From Phyllosticta citribraziliensis (lineage: Eukaryota): a DNA stretch of 64,000 bases. The stretch lies in contig NW_027117346.1 in NCBI RefSeq assembly GCF_038025025.1, forward strand, positions 434,001 to 498,000, written 5' to 3'. The notes below the pieces were generated by a model, which had not been told where the DNA came from, searched no databases, and saw only the letters and a list, made by a program, of their open reading frames with translations. Positions 46,818 to 61,038 of this stretch are shown here, in pieces; positions within the stretch are counted from its first letter, which is position 1; each line of letters begins with the position of its first letter. The position numbers and the translations under genes were made by a program.

Positions 46818-49800
46818 CTGGTCTAGCCAGGTATAAAATCTGACGCCGTCCTCGTCCCCATCTCGCCGTCCTCCTGCCTATCCGACCAACCTCATCGTCT
46901 CCGCACTCATCACAATCTGCCCGGTCGGCAAAATTCTAGATCGGAGTACCTACCACTCAAAGCGCATGATGCCCGCCACGTAGCTCTCTTGGAGCCTCGT
47001 ATTCCCGTGTCGTCGACTGCGTATGGAGCAGAATAGAGATGAGCTCTCACGAGCTACTTTGGATTGCCAGCAGATGGTGAATTTCGCTTAGTTTGTCACT
47101 CCCAACACATTGGTGGCTGCATCAAGGGACGATGCAATGCTCTCCGAAGGATGCAGCACTGCCCATTCTACGATTCTTCGATTCTTCCTGTTCACGCGGC
47201 CCAGATATCGCCAAAATGCAGACCACCTGGCGCGCGTCTTTGATCCAGTATGGAGTCCTTACTTGACGCTAGCTGCTCTTGCACGGACGCTGATCCAGCC
47301 GGCCGTCAGACACGACATCCTTCACTCACCAGCTGGTGTTCGACGGAAGAAAGGACGAGGCGCAGTGGGCAGAGGCGCGCGTCTACGGTAAACGGAAAAA
47401 GTACGTGGTCTGGCAGTACCGCGGCAGCGGTTGGTGGTGAGCGGCGTTCAGGAGAGAGCGGGGGGCCACGGGGCAAGGCAGATCAACGGCTTGAACACAC
47501 TCGGGAAAGACTGGACGAGGTAAACCAGAGCGCGGCGACAACACGCAGAGCAAAGCAGAGGGGGATGGGAAGTGTAAGTAGGCGGGGGATGAAGGATTAG
47601 GCGCAGCTGTCATTCTTGTTGTGAAGCGGTTGATTGAGCGAGAAAGCGATGGGTGTATACATGTAGCTATGGTAGTAGGTCTGGGCAGTTGAGCGGAGCG
47701 GAATGGGTGATACCCCCGGTGGATGAATTGATGAATGGATTGGATTGCACGGTTGGGTTTTCTGATGCTGGTGTGTAGCATTGGTAAGGGCGCGAATATG
47801 GACTGTGTTGTCCCCGGCATCGTGACATGTCGAGCAACGGGATGTGGCGCTGCCCGGCTTTCGCATGTTTCGCCGACGCGCAGCACGCGCCTCTCCTCTC
47901 GTTTCGTTCGTGTTCGCTCAGCGCCACTCCAGCGACGTCGCGACCAGGCGTCTAGTTCTACGTACTGCTCTTTCTCGCGGCAGCTCACGCCTCGCACCAA
48001 GCGGTTCAACAACAGGCCGCCAACACGGTTGTGGCGGTGGGTGGGTGGGTGACTACTAAAAGCGGTGTACCTATCCATCCACCGTCCGCACAGGGATCAT
48101 TCATGTAGCGCCTCTGTCTGGACCACCATTCACGGCGCTCTGGTCCGCTGGTCGCTGGTCGGCGCGTCGCATGCAGGTGAAGGTAGTTGGCTGCTGCTGC
48201 TGCTGCTGCTGCTGCTGCATGTATGCATGTAGGTAGTGCGGCGCCGTTTCTGCAGACACGCCCGCAACAGGCACGGATGGATGGATGGACAGGGGAGAGA
48301 TGTGGTGGTGTGGTGGCAGCGCTGACGATGGTGCTGATGGATTGTCAAATTGCTCACCATGGGCACATACAGCTTGATGGTTGGGAAGATTCATGGCGCC
48401 AATATGACTGCACAGAAGGCACCCACTGCGCAACTGCCGGACCGTCGGCATTGACAGGAGGAGGGGAAAAAAACCAAACGCGATAGTTCAAGGCAATTTT
48501 GACTCTCGAAATGACCGCCGACGCTTACCAAGAGAGGCAACTTTGGCAGAGCAAAAAAGGGCGACAGAGTTGTAGGCAAAAAGGCAACTTAAATGACCGG
48601 CCGAACTAGAAAGCTCAGCAGGGCGGCACTGCATGAGCGGCAGCAAACGGAGATTTGGCCCTCCCAGCGTCGCGGGCGGCGTGCGTATGCGAACAGCAGA
48701 GGACAAGAATTGCAAAACAACCATGGGGCGCGTGTCGACTGCTTGCTGGGGAGCTCATTAAACGGGCTGCAGGGAGCCTCGTATCAGGACGCGCGTGCGG
48801 ATCTATTGCTGGTCAATCTGGACGGTCTTGGACAGGCAGCGATGTGGAAGAGATCGTTCTGGGAGGGTGGCCATGTTTCAACGCGACGGGTTTGGGGGAA
48901 TGAGAAACGCTGGTCGGATGGTTGGAGAGATGACGATGGTGCGGAGCGGACATGGAGGTGCGGTGATGGATGATGGCTGGGGCTGATGAAATGAGGCTGA
49001 GGCCGCGCTCGGGTGAAGGGCAGCGGCTGGGATGACGCGGCCACGACCTTTGCTGGGCCTCCGCCACTGCCGACATGTCGTGGCCTCGGGCGGTGTTGAT
49101 CACAGGCATCGTCTCGTCTCGAAGAAACGGAGCCGCAAGAATTAAAGGATCGAGAATGATGGAAAGCAGAGGGTCGGTGATGGGCGAGGCTGTCGTGGCT
49201 GGCTGGCTGGTCGGCGGTGATGGTCGAAAACGGAGGTTGGCCGTTGGACGCAAGAGACAGGGCACGGCATGACAGAGGGTGGGTGTTTGGTCCAAGGGTC
49301 GGCGCAAAAAAATAGGTATCTAGGGGAGCAGACGTTTCAGCGGCAAGTGTTTGAGCTGCCTTGACCTGGAGGGAGGAGCTGAGGAGTAGCAAGTGGGTGG
49401 GCCACGTTTTTGGCCACGGGCGGCGGTGGCAGGAGAGCAGGAAGGATGGAGGGATGGGTCGGGTAATGCTGGCAATGTCATTGGCATTGGCATTGGATGG
49501 ATGAATGCGCTGAATGAGGGAAGACTGGAGCGAAGGACGCAATCGGACGCTGAGGTGGGCTTTGTGTAGGCGATGACGTGGGCAGCGGACGAGGGCAGCC
49601 AGGGCTTTGACGGTGACAGCGGAGGACGACAACATTGACGAACATCAACAGCGAGGGTGCGGTGATAAACCGGATTGCGGACTTGAATTCTCGTGCCGAG
49701 CAGGAGGGCGAGGCTGCTTTGATTGCCGCTCCCATCCATCCATCCATTGCACTGTACCCTGACGCCCAACCCGACGAGGTCCAGCCTGAACCAAGTTAGA

Positions 49801-50327
49801 GCACTCTGACCCGACGACCTCAACTTTACCTCTGACTCTCTCTCTCCAGCTACCTGACCTAGTCCTGCTCCTCCCCCTCGACGACTCCTTCTCTTCTTCT
49901 CTCCACTCGCGTGCTCCCTCGCCGTTGACACAGCCTCGACTCTTCGTCGGGCTTGCCGTCCGCCGTTTGTCGCTTCGCTTCTGGACCCTACCTAGGTGTT
50001 GCCGTCTGGTGCCACGGCCAGCCTGAGCCAGCTCCCGCCCGCCTATCACCGCCCATCTCTCTCCCACCTCCACCGTCGCTCACGTCGCTGTTGCCGGCCG
50101 CGCTTCCTCAACCCCAGACTCGTCCTGACGCATCCGCTCCATCCACGTGTCTGGCCGAACCGGCCCACGGTCAAGTCCACACACCTTTCTCCCTCGCCCT
50201 ACGACATCTCGATCCCTCCGTCGCGACACTGCGCTCCCAACACGCCCGACACCTCATGCCCGCCTGAACACCCTGCCTCGACGCCCTCCCGACTCTCTCC
50301 TCCTCTCCAGCCTCCGCTGTCTGAGCC

Positions 50328-53358
<3,031 letters not shown>

Positions 53359-55184
53359 AGAGAGACGAGGCATCATCAGCGAGAACAGGCATTTGTACGG
53401 ATTACGACTTAATCCCTCTTTCTAGGATGGAGTAACTTTAAGTCAGCACTCTCAGATTCGTCGTCTATTGCGTTTGAATCGACGGAATGGACGGCTTTGG
53501 GCGTATCGGGACTACTGCTGCTGCGGACAGTGACTGCTAGGGTGGGTGGAGGGGGGGAGGCTTACTTTTTTCCCACATTCTCTCTTCTTCCAACAATCCG
53601 AACAACAACAACAACCAACAGCCACATCACACATCATCACTCTTGTTCTACCATTTTGGGCCAACAGACAAAAAGCAAGCAAGCAAGCAGCAAAATATCC
53701 CATCCCACCCACCATCTCTCTCTCTGTTACCCACAGTATCGCCATTCGCAGATTTTTCCCGGCGCAGGAGCACGCACCAGTCAGTCGCCCGTGGATGGGC
53801 GCTGCGGAGGGTCAAATTGCCTCATCGGCGTGCCAGTCGATATCCGTCCGGCGCTGACAACGCATCTTGCGTTCGGGCGCGTCCGTCATGATCAATCAGA
53901 CTCATTTCATTGTCGACGCGTGAAGAGGGGCCACGAGAGATGCAGGCAGAATCAAACAGATCAAAACGGGTGGTAGCCAGGTTAGGGCGGGCGAAGAAAG
54001 AAAGAATGCAAAGCAACAGATGGGCGACGGCGGAGCTGCTGAGATATCAATTGGCACAGTGCAGTATGGCAAAGAAGGCATGGAATCGAGCGGGCGGGCT
54101 TCACGACCTCGGTCAATATCAACCCAAGAGCGCGGGACAGAGGGAGTCAAGAGCAGGAGGCAGAGAGCGGCATGACTCAAAGAACGAGCCGGCGTGGCGT
54201 AGCGTGGTGGTCTTGCTTGCTCGCTTGCTTGCTTGCTGCGCAGCACAACAAACGGAAACGGGACTAGGTGGTGGACTGCACGACCCATCGACGGACTGAC
54301 TGGATGGGATGGGATGTGAAGGATCAATGCACGGAGTACGGGAGGGAGGAAAGGAAAGACTTGTTCATTCATCTTGCTGCTACTCTAACTTACCTACCTT
54401 ACGCTACCTTTACCTATGCTCCTACTTTCGTACTTACCTGGTTTGCTAAGCCGCGCTGTGCTGCGATGCGATGCGCCTTGCCTGCTTTGCCTAGATGGGT
54501 AGGTGGGTGGGGGGTGTTAGTAAATGTAAAAGGGGGGATTGGTTATTCGAAAAGGGGAGTCCGTCAATTCGGCGTCGTGGAGGATGCGTATGTGGGAGTG
54601 GGAATGGGTCAATGAGAGCGGTATAGGGATGAGTCACGGAGGGCGAGTCGGCCAGGGTGTTCATGGCTTGAAGACCTGCCGAGCCCACAATTGACTTGAC
54701 GATGATTTTTGCTGCCGCTTGGAGTCGTGTTTGTGCGAGTGATGGCGATTCCAGTTGCTCGTGACGGATTTACTGGCAAGTCGATGGGCTGGGAAGTTAA
54801 TGGGAAGTCAGGATTGGGTCTTCTGTCTCTCTGGTTGTCTGCTGCCTTGATGTGTTCGCCACAGTTACACCAAGGCTTCTTCCACCGTTTGATACCTTCG
54901 GCTATTCTTGCCGGTCAAGTGCTGTTGGGGTGAAGTATGTTGTGGTCTCCGTCGGTGTCTTCTTGGTTCTCAGTTCAGAGCACCGTGAATGTATCTCTCT
55001 TGACATGTTCGGCTTTCCCTCGATGGTATGGTAAACAAAGACTTGATTTGAAACTCCTAGTAGAATGATTGATACGGATCGTGAGAAGGTCGTGACGAGT
55101 GAGGGAAAGGAAGTAGGCATCAACCGGGAGGGAGGCGGTGCGAGTGTGGATTAAGGGAAAATCTCAGAGTAATGTCCCTTGCGT

Positions 55185-58100
55185 TCAGATTTCAGATCTT
55201 TCTGAGTAAAGCTCGACGAAAAGTCGTTCTGATTCAATGTCCCTCGTCGCCATTTCAATCATCTTGTGCTCATGTCGACATTGGTCGGAAACTGAATCTT
55301 CCTCCGAGATTTCCTCTTCGTCTCCAGTTTCTCCTTGTAAATCTTCCTCCTCTTTGCATTTTCTACACAAATTGTAACGGCATTCACTGCATTTATATCG
55401 CACCCCATTGATCCAGTGTTGGCGTGGGTGAGTCCTTTCCCAGAGGTCATGGGGATAGGATTGGTAGCAAAATGGACCATAGCATACCACTCCAACGTGA
55501 CAGTCGTCTTCTGGCTCAACTGCCTTCGCTTTCCGCAGTCTTTTTATAGTCTTGGCCAGTCGAATTTGCATTTCGATGCCTTCGTATTCGGTGGTGCGTT
55601 GGAATCTATAGAGAGCGGATTCCAACGGAGAGCCAAAGAGGTCAGGTTTGTCCACGTTCGCTCCCGCAGTAATCAGAGCATCCACAATTTCAGTTTGGCC
55701 GCTGAATGAGGCACTTGAAAGCGGTAGTTCACCAATCCGGAAATATGGGTTTGCCTCTTGAACTTCCCGAGGAAGTGCACCGTGGCTCAGCAAGATCCGC
55801 ACAATGGTCCCCTTTTCATTGTACATCGCTGCTTGTAAAGCCATGTCCACCTGGGACTGGCTGAACTGTCGAGCTGAGAGGAGGAGCTTTACCACTTTTT
55901 CATTTCCCCCCTTTGAAGCTGCTTCAAGGACAGAAGTCCATTTTCCAATAGCAGTGTTGGCTTCTGCTCCGGCAGCAAGCAAGAGCTTGACTGCCTCTAC
56001 TTGCAAATCCGTATCATTTGTACGGAGCAAGCAAAGCGTTGAAAGCGCTGTGCCAGTCTCACTGCTGGCGTTGATATCTACGCCGCTGTTGATGAGCAGT
56101 TCGACGATTTCGAGCCTTTCCTTGTTGAAATCTCCTGCAAATGCTGCTTCTAAAACAGTGCGCTTGGTTCCTTCCAGCTTGATAGTCGATAATTTATCGC
56201 TCCGTGGAGTGTCGTACAGTAAAGTTGGTTGTAGTTCATGTACGTCAGCACCGCGATCAAGCAGAAGACGGACAAGACTGAGATCACCGCCGTCGCAGGC
56301 GGCGTGAAGCATCAAGGTTTGGCAGCTTTGATTGATATCCGCTCCAGCGTCAATCAGGGCCCTTGAAATAACTTCATGGTTCCTGAAAGCGGAGTATATG
56401 AGTGGGGACCCAACTGTGCCATCAGATGCATTGATGTCCGCGCTGTGCTCGAGCAGAAGTTGAACGGCGGGTAGACTGCCACTTAAAGCAGCAGCGTGTA
56501 GCGCAGTGCCCATGTCAGGCCCCTTCACGTCAACTTCAGCTCCAAAATGGAGCAGATGTCGCATTATTTCGACGCGTCCCTGGTAAGCTGCGTAATACAA
56601 GGGTGATTGATTTGGTACGGAATCTCCGTAAATTGTCTCCTGCCCCATGAGAACATCAGGCTGAAAGGTGTTTGCGTTTGGATTCACGCCTTTCTCCAGA
56701 ATGGAGTACACTAGCTCTTCAGAATTGGCAATCATAGCATTCCAGAGCGTTCGGCTCCTTGGACGGACTTGCATATTGAGGAGAAAGCGCGCTACACCAT
56801 TGTCTTCACGCTTGGCCGCGGTGTCGAGTGCTTTGGAGAAGGTGGAGTCTCCCTCTATTCCCTTGGCTCCATGCGAGAGAAGGGTCTCGACGACTTGGAC
56901 GGAGGAAAAATCACAAGCATGTTCGAGGATAGTACCGGAGAAGTAGGGCTCGTTGGCACCAGCCACTCCCGAATTTAGCAGAAGCTCAATCATGTCTCGT
57001 CCTTGGTGCGCATACGGCATAATGGCCGCAAGTGGGGAACTACAGTCCGGAACTGCAATGATTTCATAGTCAAGGAGTTTCCGAACTCTGTCAATGGAGC
57101 CTGTGGTGCACGCGGCACACAATGTCCATTGATGAAGAGCCGGAGTATTCCATCTCTCGTCCTCTGCAACAGCTGAGAGCTTGTAAAGTTGTGTGATGTG
57201 GATTAAGTCCATTGCGGTAGCTTCTCTCGCCGAAAAATGATTCCTTTTACGTGCAATACTGCCAAGGGTAGAAGCGTCCATGGAAAGTAGCGAATCGAGG
57301 TGCCCGCGGATGTCTTCGAAGTGCTCTTTGGCAGCGGAGGTGATATGTTCGTCAAAGTACCGAGCGCAATAACTGTGAAATCCGAATCTGTCATCCCAAC
57401 TCTTCTTCTGCCACTTGACTGGGCCATCTTCGGAGTGGTAGAGCTTTAGAAATACGAGGCAAACCTTCGCCATTTTCGATTCCATGAGCTGCTGGTCCTG
57501 AAGTTCTGCAAACGCGCCGTCCTTGATTGCCTTTTCTTGCTCGAAAAATTCGGCAAGACTGTAATGTACGGGTCTTACTGCCCCATTCTCAAGGACAAGC
57601 AGATTTTGACAAGTATCCAGAATATCCTGTTTCGTGTATTTCTCACACTTTTCCAAAATCTGTCCAAATGTGGTGAACTCTGAGTCGGTTGCGATGGCAC
57701 AGACCAACGATCCCATCTCGAAGGGCAGCCAGTCCTTGACCTTGAGTGCCCACATTAGACTCTTCAAGGCAAGAATCTGCAGTGGTTTCGACTCTTGTTC
57801 AATTCGTCCAAGAATGCGGTCATACGTCTGAAAGAGATCCCTTGGTAAAGTTGACAGAACTTCGAGAACGTCTTCTCTATTCGCTTGACGAAAGATGTTG
57901 TCCAGCTGCAACTTTACCCACAGGAAGACCCCATTGGCGTGATCGACAAGTTCCTTGTAAATGAGATCCTTCGTCTCGACGTCTGTGACACGAAATCTGC
58001 GTTGGTTGTTCCGCTCCCCTGGCGTTGGTGGTTGTGTGCGGGATTCAAGCTCGCCCCTTATATATTCTTCAATATCGTTCCGGGTATCCGCGGTCTTGAT

Positions 58101-59552
58101 CTCCAAATTGGTTATTTTTTCGAAATTGAACGTCTCTCTGATGGAGGATTCGGGTCGACTGGTGATAAAGAATTTCGCCTCGGAACGTGAAATAAATTGG
58201 AAAATCTCTGCTCGCGGTCTTTCTTCGCATTCGTCGAGCGCATCCATCACGATGAAGGTCTTTGAAAACAGACTGTTGAGCTTGGAAATCATCTCGGTCG
58301 TGGCCTCAGGTGAGGGGAATCGATGGGTTTCAAAGTGAGCAGAGAGAAAATCGGCAAGATCCACAGGGAAGCTTTTCAGTTGCGATGACAGTTGTTTCAA
58401 GACCGCTGCAATGATTTTTGCGGGCTTCTGAGTCTCCATGTCATCATATCTGAATGACACAAAGGCTTTGCCCACTCCGGCATTGCTTGTGGCCCTGTCT
58501 TTTTGTATGTGATCCATCACGATGCTGCTTAATACCGATTTTCCAGAGCCAGGCCGTCCGTGGCACCACAAAACTCGAGGTTGTTGGCCATGAAACCACT
58601 CCTTGTATTTTTCGTGGTTTAGTAGCCAATTGCCAGTCCCGGGCCATCTCTTTTGCAAACCCTCTCGTTGGATGGTATCAAAATCCTTGGGTGAAATCCA
58701 CCCGAAGTAGTTGTGGCGTTGGTCCTCAGAGAGTATTCGTGTTTGTTTCGTGGACTCGCTTTGAAGATTCGAGATTTGATGCAAAGCCTCCGTGCCCTTG
58801 GCTTGACTCAGTACGTCGAGAGAGCTTTGGATTTCTTCCTCGATTTCGCCAAACTTAGCATCGAAAGGCTCCCATTGGACGCGTCCGAATCTCCTGATAT
58901 GGCCCAAGGTATGCTCTTGGTGGTCTCGGGTTTTGAAAACGCTGTAGGCCTGATGATAGAATTTCAAGATGCCGACGTAGACGTCTGCCATGCTTTGCTG
59001 CACGAGAACCATTTTCTCAGGAAGTTTTGAGGCTTCCTGAAGGTGTCTCAGGTGAGCGGTCAGTTTCTCCAGCATTCCCGTCAACTTTTCAAAGAAATTG
59101 ACGTAGTTTAGCGCCATTTTGATGATGAGCCTGGCTCCGCCAATAATGATCGATGCAACGTCTGGAATACCAAGTGATGCAAAGGAAGATGTTGTTGCAA
59201 GCAGCTGGTCCAGTATGGTCAAGAATTCCTTCGTCGGGCCGACAAGGCTTCGAGCAACAGATTGGCTGTCCTTGCGATCCAAATCGCTGATTTCCTGGAC
59301 CAAGTCCTCGGGAGAGACAGATTTGTGCGCATCGATAAAGGCTTTTCGTTCTTCTGGAGGAAGCCTATCCAAAAACTTCATCCAGGCGACCTTGAAGGCA
59401 TTTGTATCTGTACCGATTTTCGCAAGGCTGGGCTTTGGTGAATGCTTTACGAGCAAGGCCACTGTGGGTTGGGATGGATCGGATGCTGAAGATGCCCCAG
59501 ACCCGCGCCAGAGCTTGAATTTGTCGCGGAATCCACGTCGCTGCGAGGACAT
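55185..59552 (-). CDS. Fungal NLR (STAND) protein: N-terminal helical domain + NACHT + ankyrin repeats + C-terminal ZZ-type zinc finger
   Basis: PGTGNWLL, Walker A GRPGSGKS, Walker B IVMDALDEC, FFITSR, ANGVFLWVKLQL, VHYSLAEFF, multiple ankyrin repeats (SPLYYAAYQGRVEIMRHLLHFGAEVD; TALHAAALSGSLPAVQLLLEHSADIN). Intronless; first ATG at 59552. Confidence 0.9.
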   Translation of the reverse strand: MSSQRRGFRDKFKLWRGSGASSASDPSQPTVALLVKHSPKPSLAKIGTDTNAFKVAWMKFLDRLPPEERKAFIDAHKSVSPEDLVQEISDLDRKDSQSVARSLVGPTKEFLTILDQLLATTSSFASLGIPDVASIIIGGARLIIKMALNYVNFFEKLTGMLEKLTAHLRHLQEASKLPEKMVLVQQSMADVYVGILKFYHQAYSVFKTRDHQEHTLGHIRRFGRVQWEPFDAKFGEIEEEIQSSLDVLSQAKGTEALHQISNLQSESTKQTRILSEDQRHNYFGWISPKDFDTIQREGLQKRWPGTGNWLLNHEKYKEWFHGQQPRVLWCHGRPGSGKSVLSSIVMDHIQKDRATSNAGVGKAFVSFRYDDMETQKPAKIIAAVLKQLSSQLKSFPVDLADFLSAHFETHRFPSPEATTEMISKLNSLFSKTFIVMDALDECEERPRAEIFQFISRSEAKFFITSRPESSIRETFNFEKITNLEIKTADTRNDIEEYIRGELESRTQPPTPGERNNQRRFRVTDVETKDLIYKELVDHANGVFLWVKLQLDNIFRQANREDVLEVLSTLPRDLFQTYDRILGRIEQESKPLQILALKSLMWALKVKDWLPFEMGSLVCAIATDSEFTTFGQILEKCEKYTKQDILDTCQNLLVLENGAVRPVHYSLAEFFEQEKAIKDGAFAELQDQQLMESKMAKVCLVFLKLYHSEDGPVKWQKKSWDDRFGFHSYCARYFDEHITSAAKEHFEDIRGHLDSLLSMDASTLGSIARKRNHFSAREATAMDLIHITQLYKLSAVAEDERWNTPALHQWTLCAACTTGSIDRVRKLLDYEIIAVPDCSSPLAAIMPYAHQGRDMIELLLNSGVAGANEPYFSGTILEHACDFSSVQVVETLLSHGAKGIEGDSTFSKALDTAAKREDNGVARFLLNMQVRPRSRTLWNAMIANSEELVYSILEKGVNPNANTFQPDVLMGQETIYGDSVPNQSPLYYAAYQGRVEIMRHLLHFGAEVDVKGPDMGTALHAAALSGSLPAVQLLLEHSADINASDGTVGSPLIYSAFRNHEVISRALIDAGADINQSCQTLMLHAACDGGDLSLVRLLLDRGADVHELQPTLLYDTPRSDKLSTIKLEGTKRTVLEAAFAGDFNKERLEIVELLINSGVDINASSETGTALSTLCLLRTNDTDLQVEAVKLLLAAGAEANTAIGKWTSVLEAASKGGNEKVVKLLLSARQFSQSQVDMALQAAMYNEKGTIVRILLSHGALPREVQEANPYFRIGELPLSSASFSGQTEIVDALITAGANVDKPDLFGSPLESALYRFQRTTEYEGIEMQIRLAKTIKRLRKAKAVEPEDDCHVGVVCYGPFCYQSYPHDLWERTHPRQHWINGVRYKCSECRYNLCRKCKEEEDLQGETGDEEEISEEDSVSDQCRHEHKMIEMATRDIESERLFVELYSERSEI

Positions 59553-60117
59553 TTTGGCCGTATCCTGGTGCGAGTGGGAGGTTGAACTCAAGATGTCATC
59601 TGGACTCAGAGGTGAATGTCATCCTCGGTGCTGTGCCCCTCTTCCCTGCAGATTATTTTGGCCCCCAAAGCCCACTTGACATCCCCGTCTCTGCACAACT
59701 TGATTGCCTCTCTTAGAACTAGTTTCCGAATATCAGCCAACAATGAGGCCATTTGTCCGTGGAGAGCCTTTGGATCGCCGGCGGCTTGAGTGTCAGCGGG
59801 CATCGTGCCTCCGTCTTTGGAACAGAGCAGAGTTGGCTCTGACTAAATGCTCGAAGATGAAGGCATAGCGAGATTTTTGGAGGAACCAGCTGCACAAGTC
59901 GATGATTGGCGCAAATTTAAGTTGTTGAGGTGACAAGAATGTGGATATTCAAAGTCGAAGGGGTGCGTGGTCGGCGGGCATCGTTGTTGTTAACCTTCGC
60001 AAGCTAAACCCGACTCAGCATCTGCAGGTGCCGACCACAACCCTCTTTCCATTGTTTCTCTACGCGCGTTTCATCTACCATCTCTCACGGCACGTATTTT
60101 GAAGGAACCTAGCTGCC

Positions 60118-61038
60118 ATGGCGACCACAGACCTCGATACTTCCTACGTCCTCGATGAGGCTGAAGACTTCCGGGTATTTCCCGTCCAATACGGACATGC
60201 TGTTGAAGAACCGCGACGAGACCTTGGGGCGCTCGATGCCCTGCCTCTTGAGCTCATCCAGTTAACCCTCTCTTTGGTCGATCTTCAGACCCTCAAACAC
60301 TCTCGAAGATTCAACCGCAAAGCGCTCAAAGTTGTCGAAGGCATGTCCAAGTACAAAGCCGTAGCTACATGTGCACCGAAGGCGCTCCGTGGCATCCAAG
60401 TCATAGAAGCCGACCGGTGGAACACCTGTAAAGCTCTCTACAAGGCCCTTTGCACAGCCGAGTGTGAAACTTGCGGCGATTTTGGCGGTCACTTACAACG
60501 ACATTTTCCGCCCACTCTCTTTCCGAGACGACTCTGAAATATTTGGCATGCGTCAACGAGATGTCGAGAAGCTGCCTCACATGAAAACGTCCCTGGCTTT
60601 TACTCTCCTAGACAATTTTCACGTCCCAGAAGACTGAATTTCGTTGATTACCGCTCTGTTTGTCAAGAAAGCCTCACGCTCCGTGGATCGACTTGCACCG
60701 TGGAACGATGTGTTCCGCCCCCGACTAAACAGGAGCGAGAAAACGATTCCGGAGAAATCAGGATGATCGATATCAGAGAAACCGAGTTCAAAGAAACCAG
60801 GATGGAAGGGACTACGGGAGGAACCAATTGCCCAGAACGATACATCGCAATTGTTCGGGCACCAGTCCTAGACCCCGGAACTAGAGAGTTGGAGTTCGGC
60901 GTCCACTGCTGCGGATGCAGATACTCGCACCACGAGCGAAGGTCGAATTAACATCTCCGCAAATATACACGAGCATCTTTTGCTGCCCACGTAGCTGAAT
61001 TTGGCCCTGTTGAAGGCACAAAGCCCATTCGGCGCTGA
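60118..61038 (+). pseudogene. Disrupted F-box-domain gene
   Basis: F-box LGALDALPLELIQLTLSLVDLQTL and CETCGDFGG. Homology-like sequence continues in shifted frames (FRPLSFRDDSEIFGMRQRDVEKLPHMK; PGFYSPR...RYIAIVRAP...EFGVHCCGC) and past an in-frame TAA at 60949-60951 (RKYTRASFAAHVAEFG). Frameshifts lie near 60490 and 60590. Confidence 0.75.

Noticed and set aside
48190..48217. (GCT)n/(GCA)n and similar microsatellites (also ~14905-14925, ~38731-38753)
   Set aside because: Common simple repeats in intergenic DNA.
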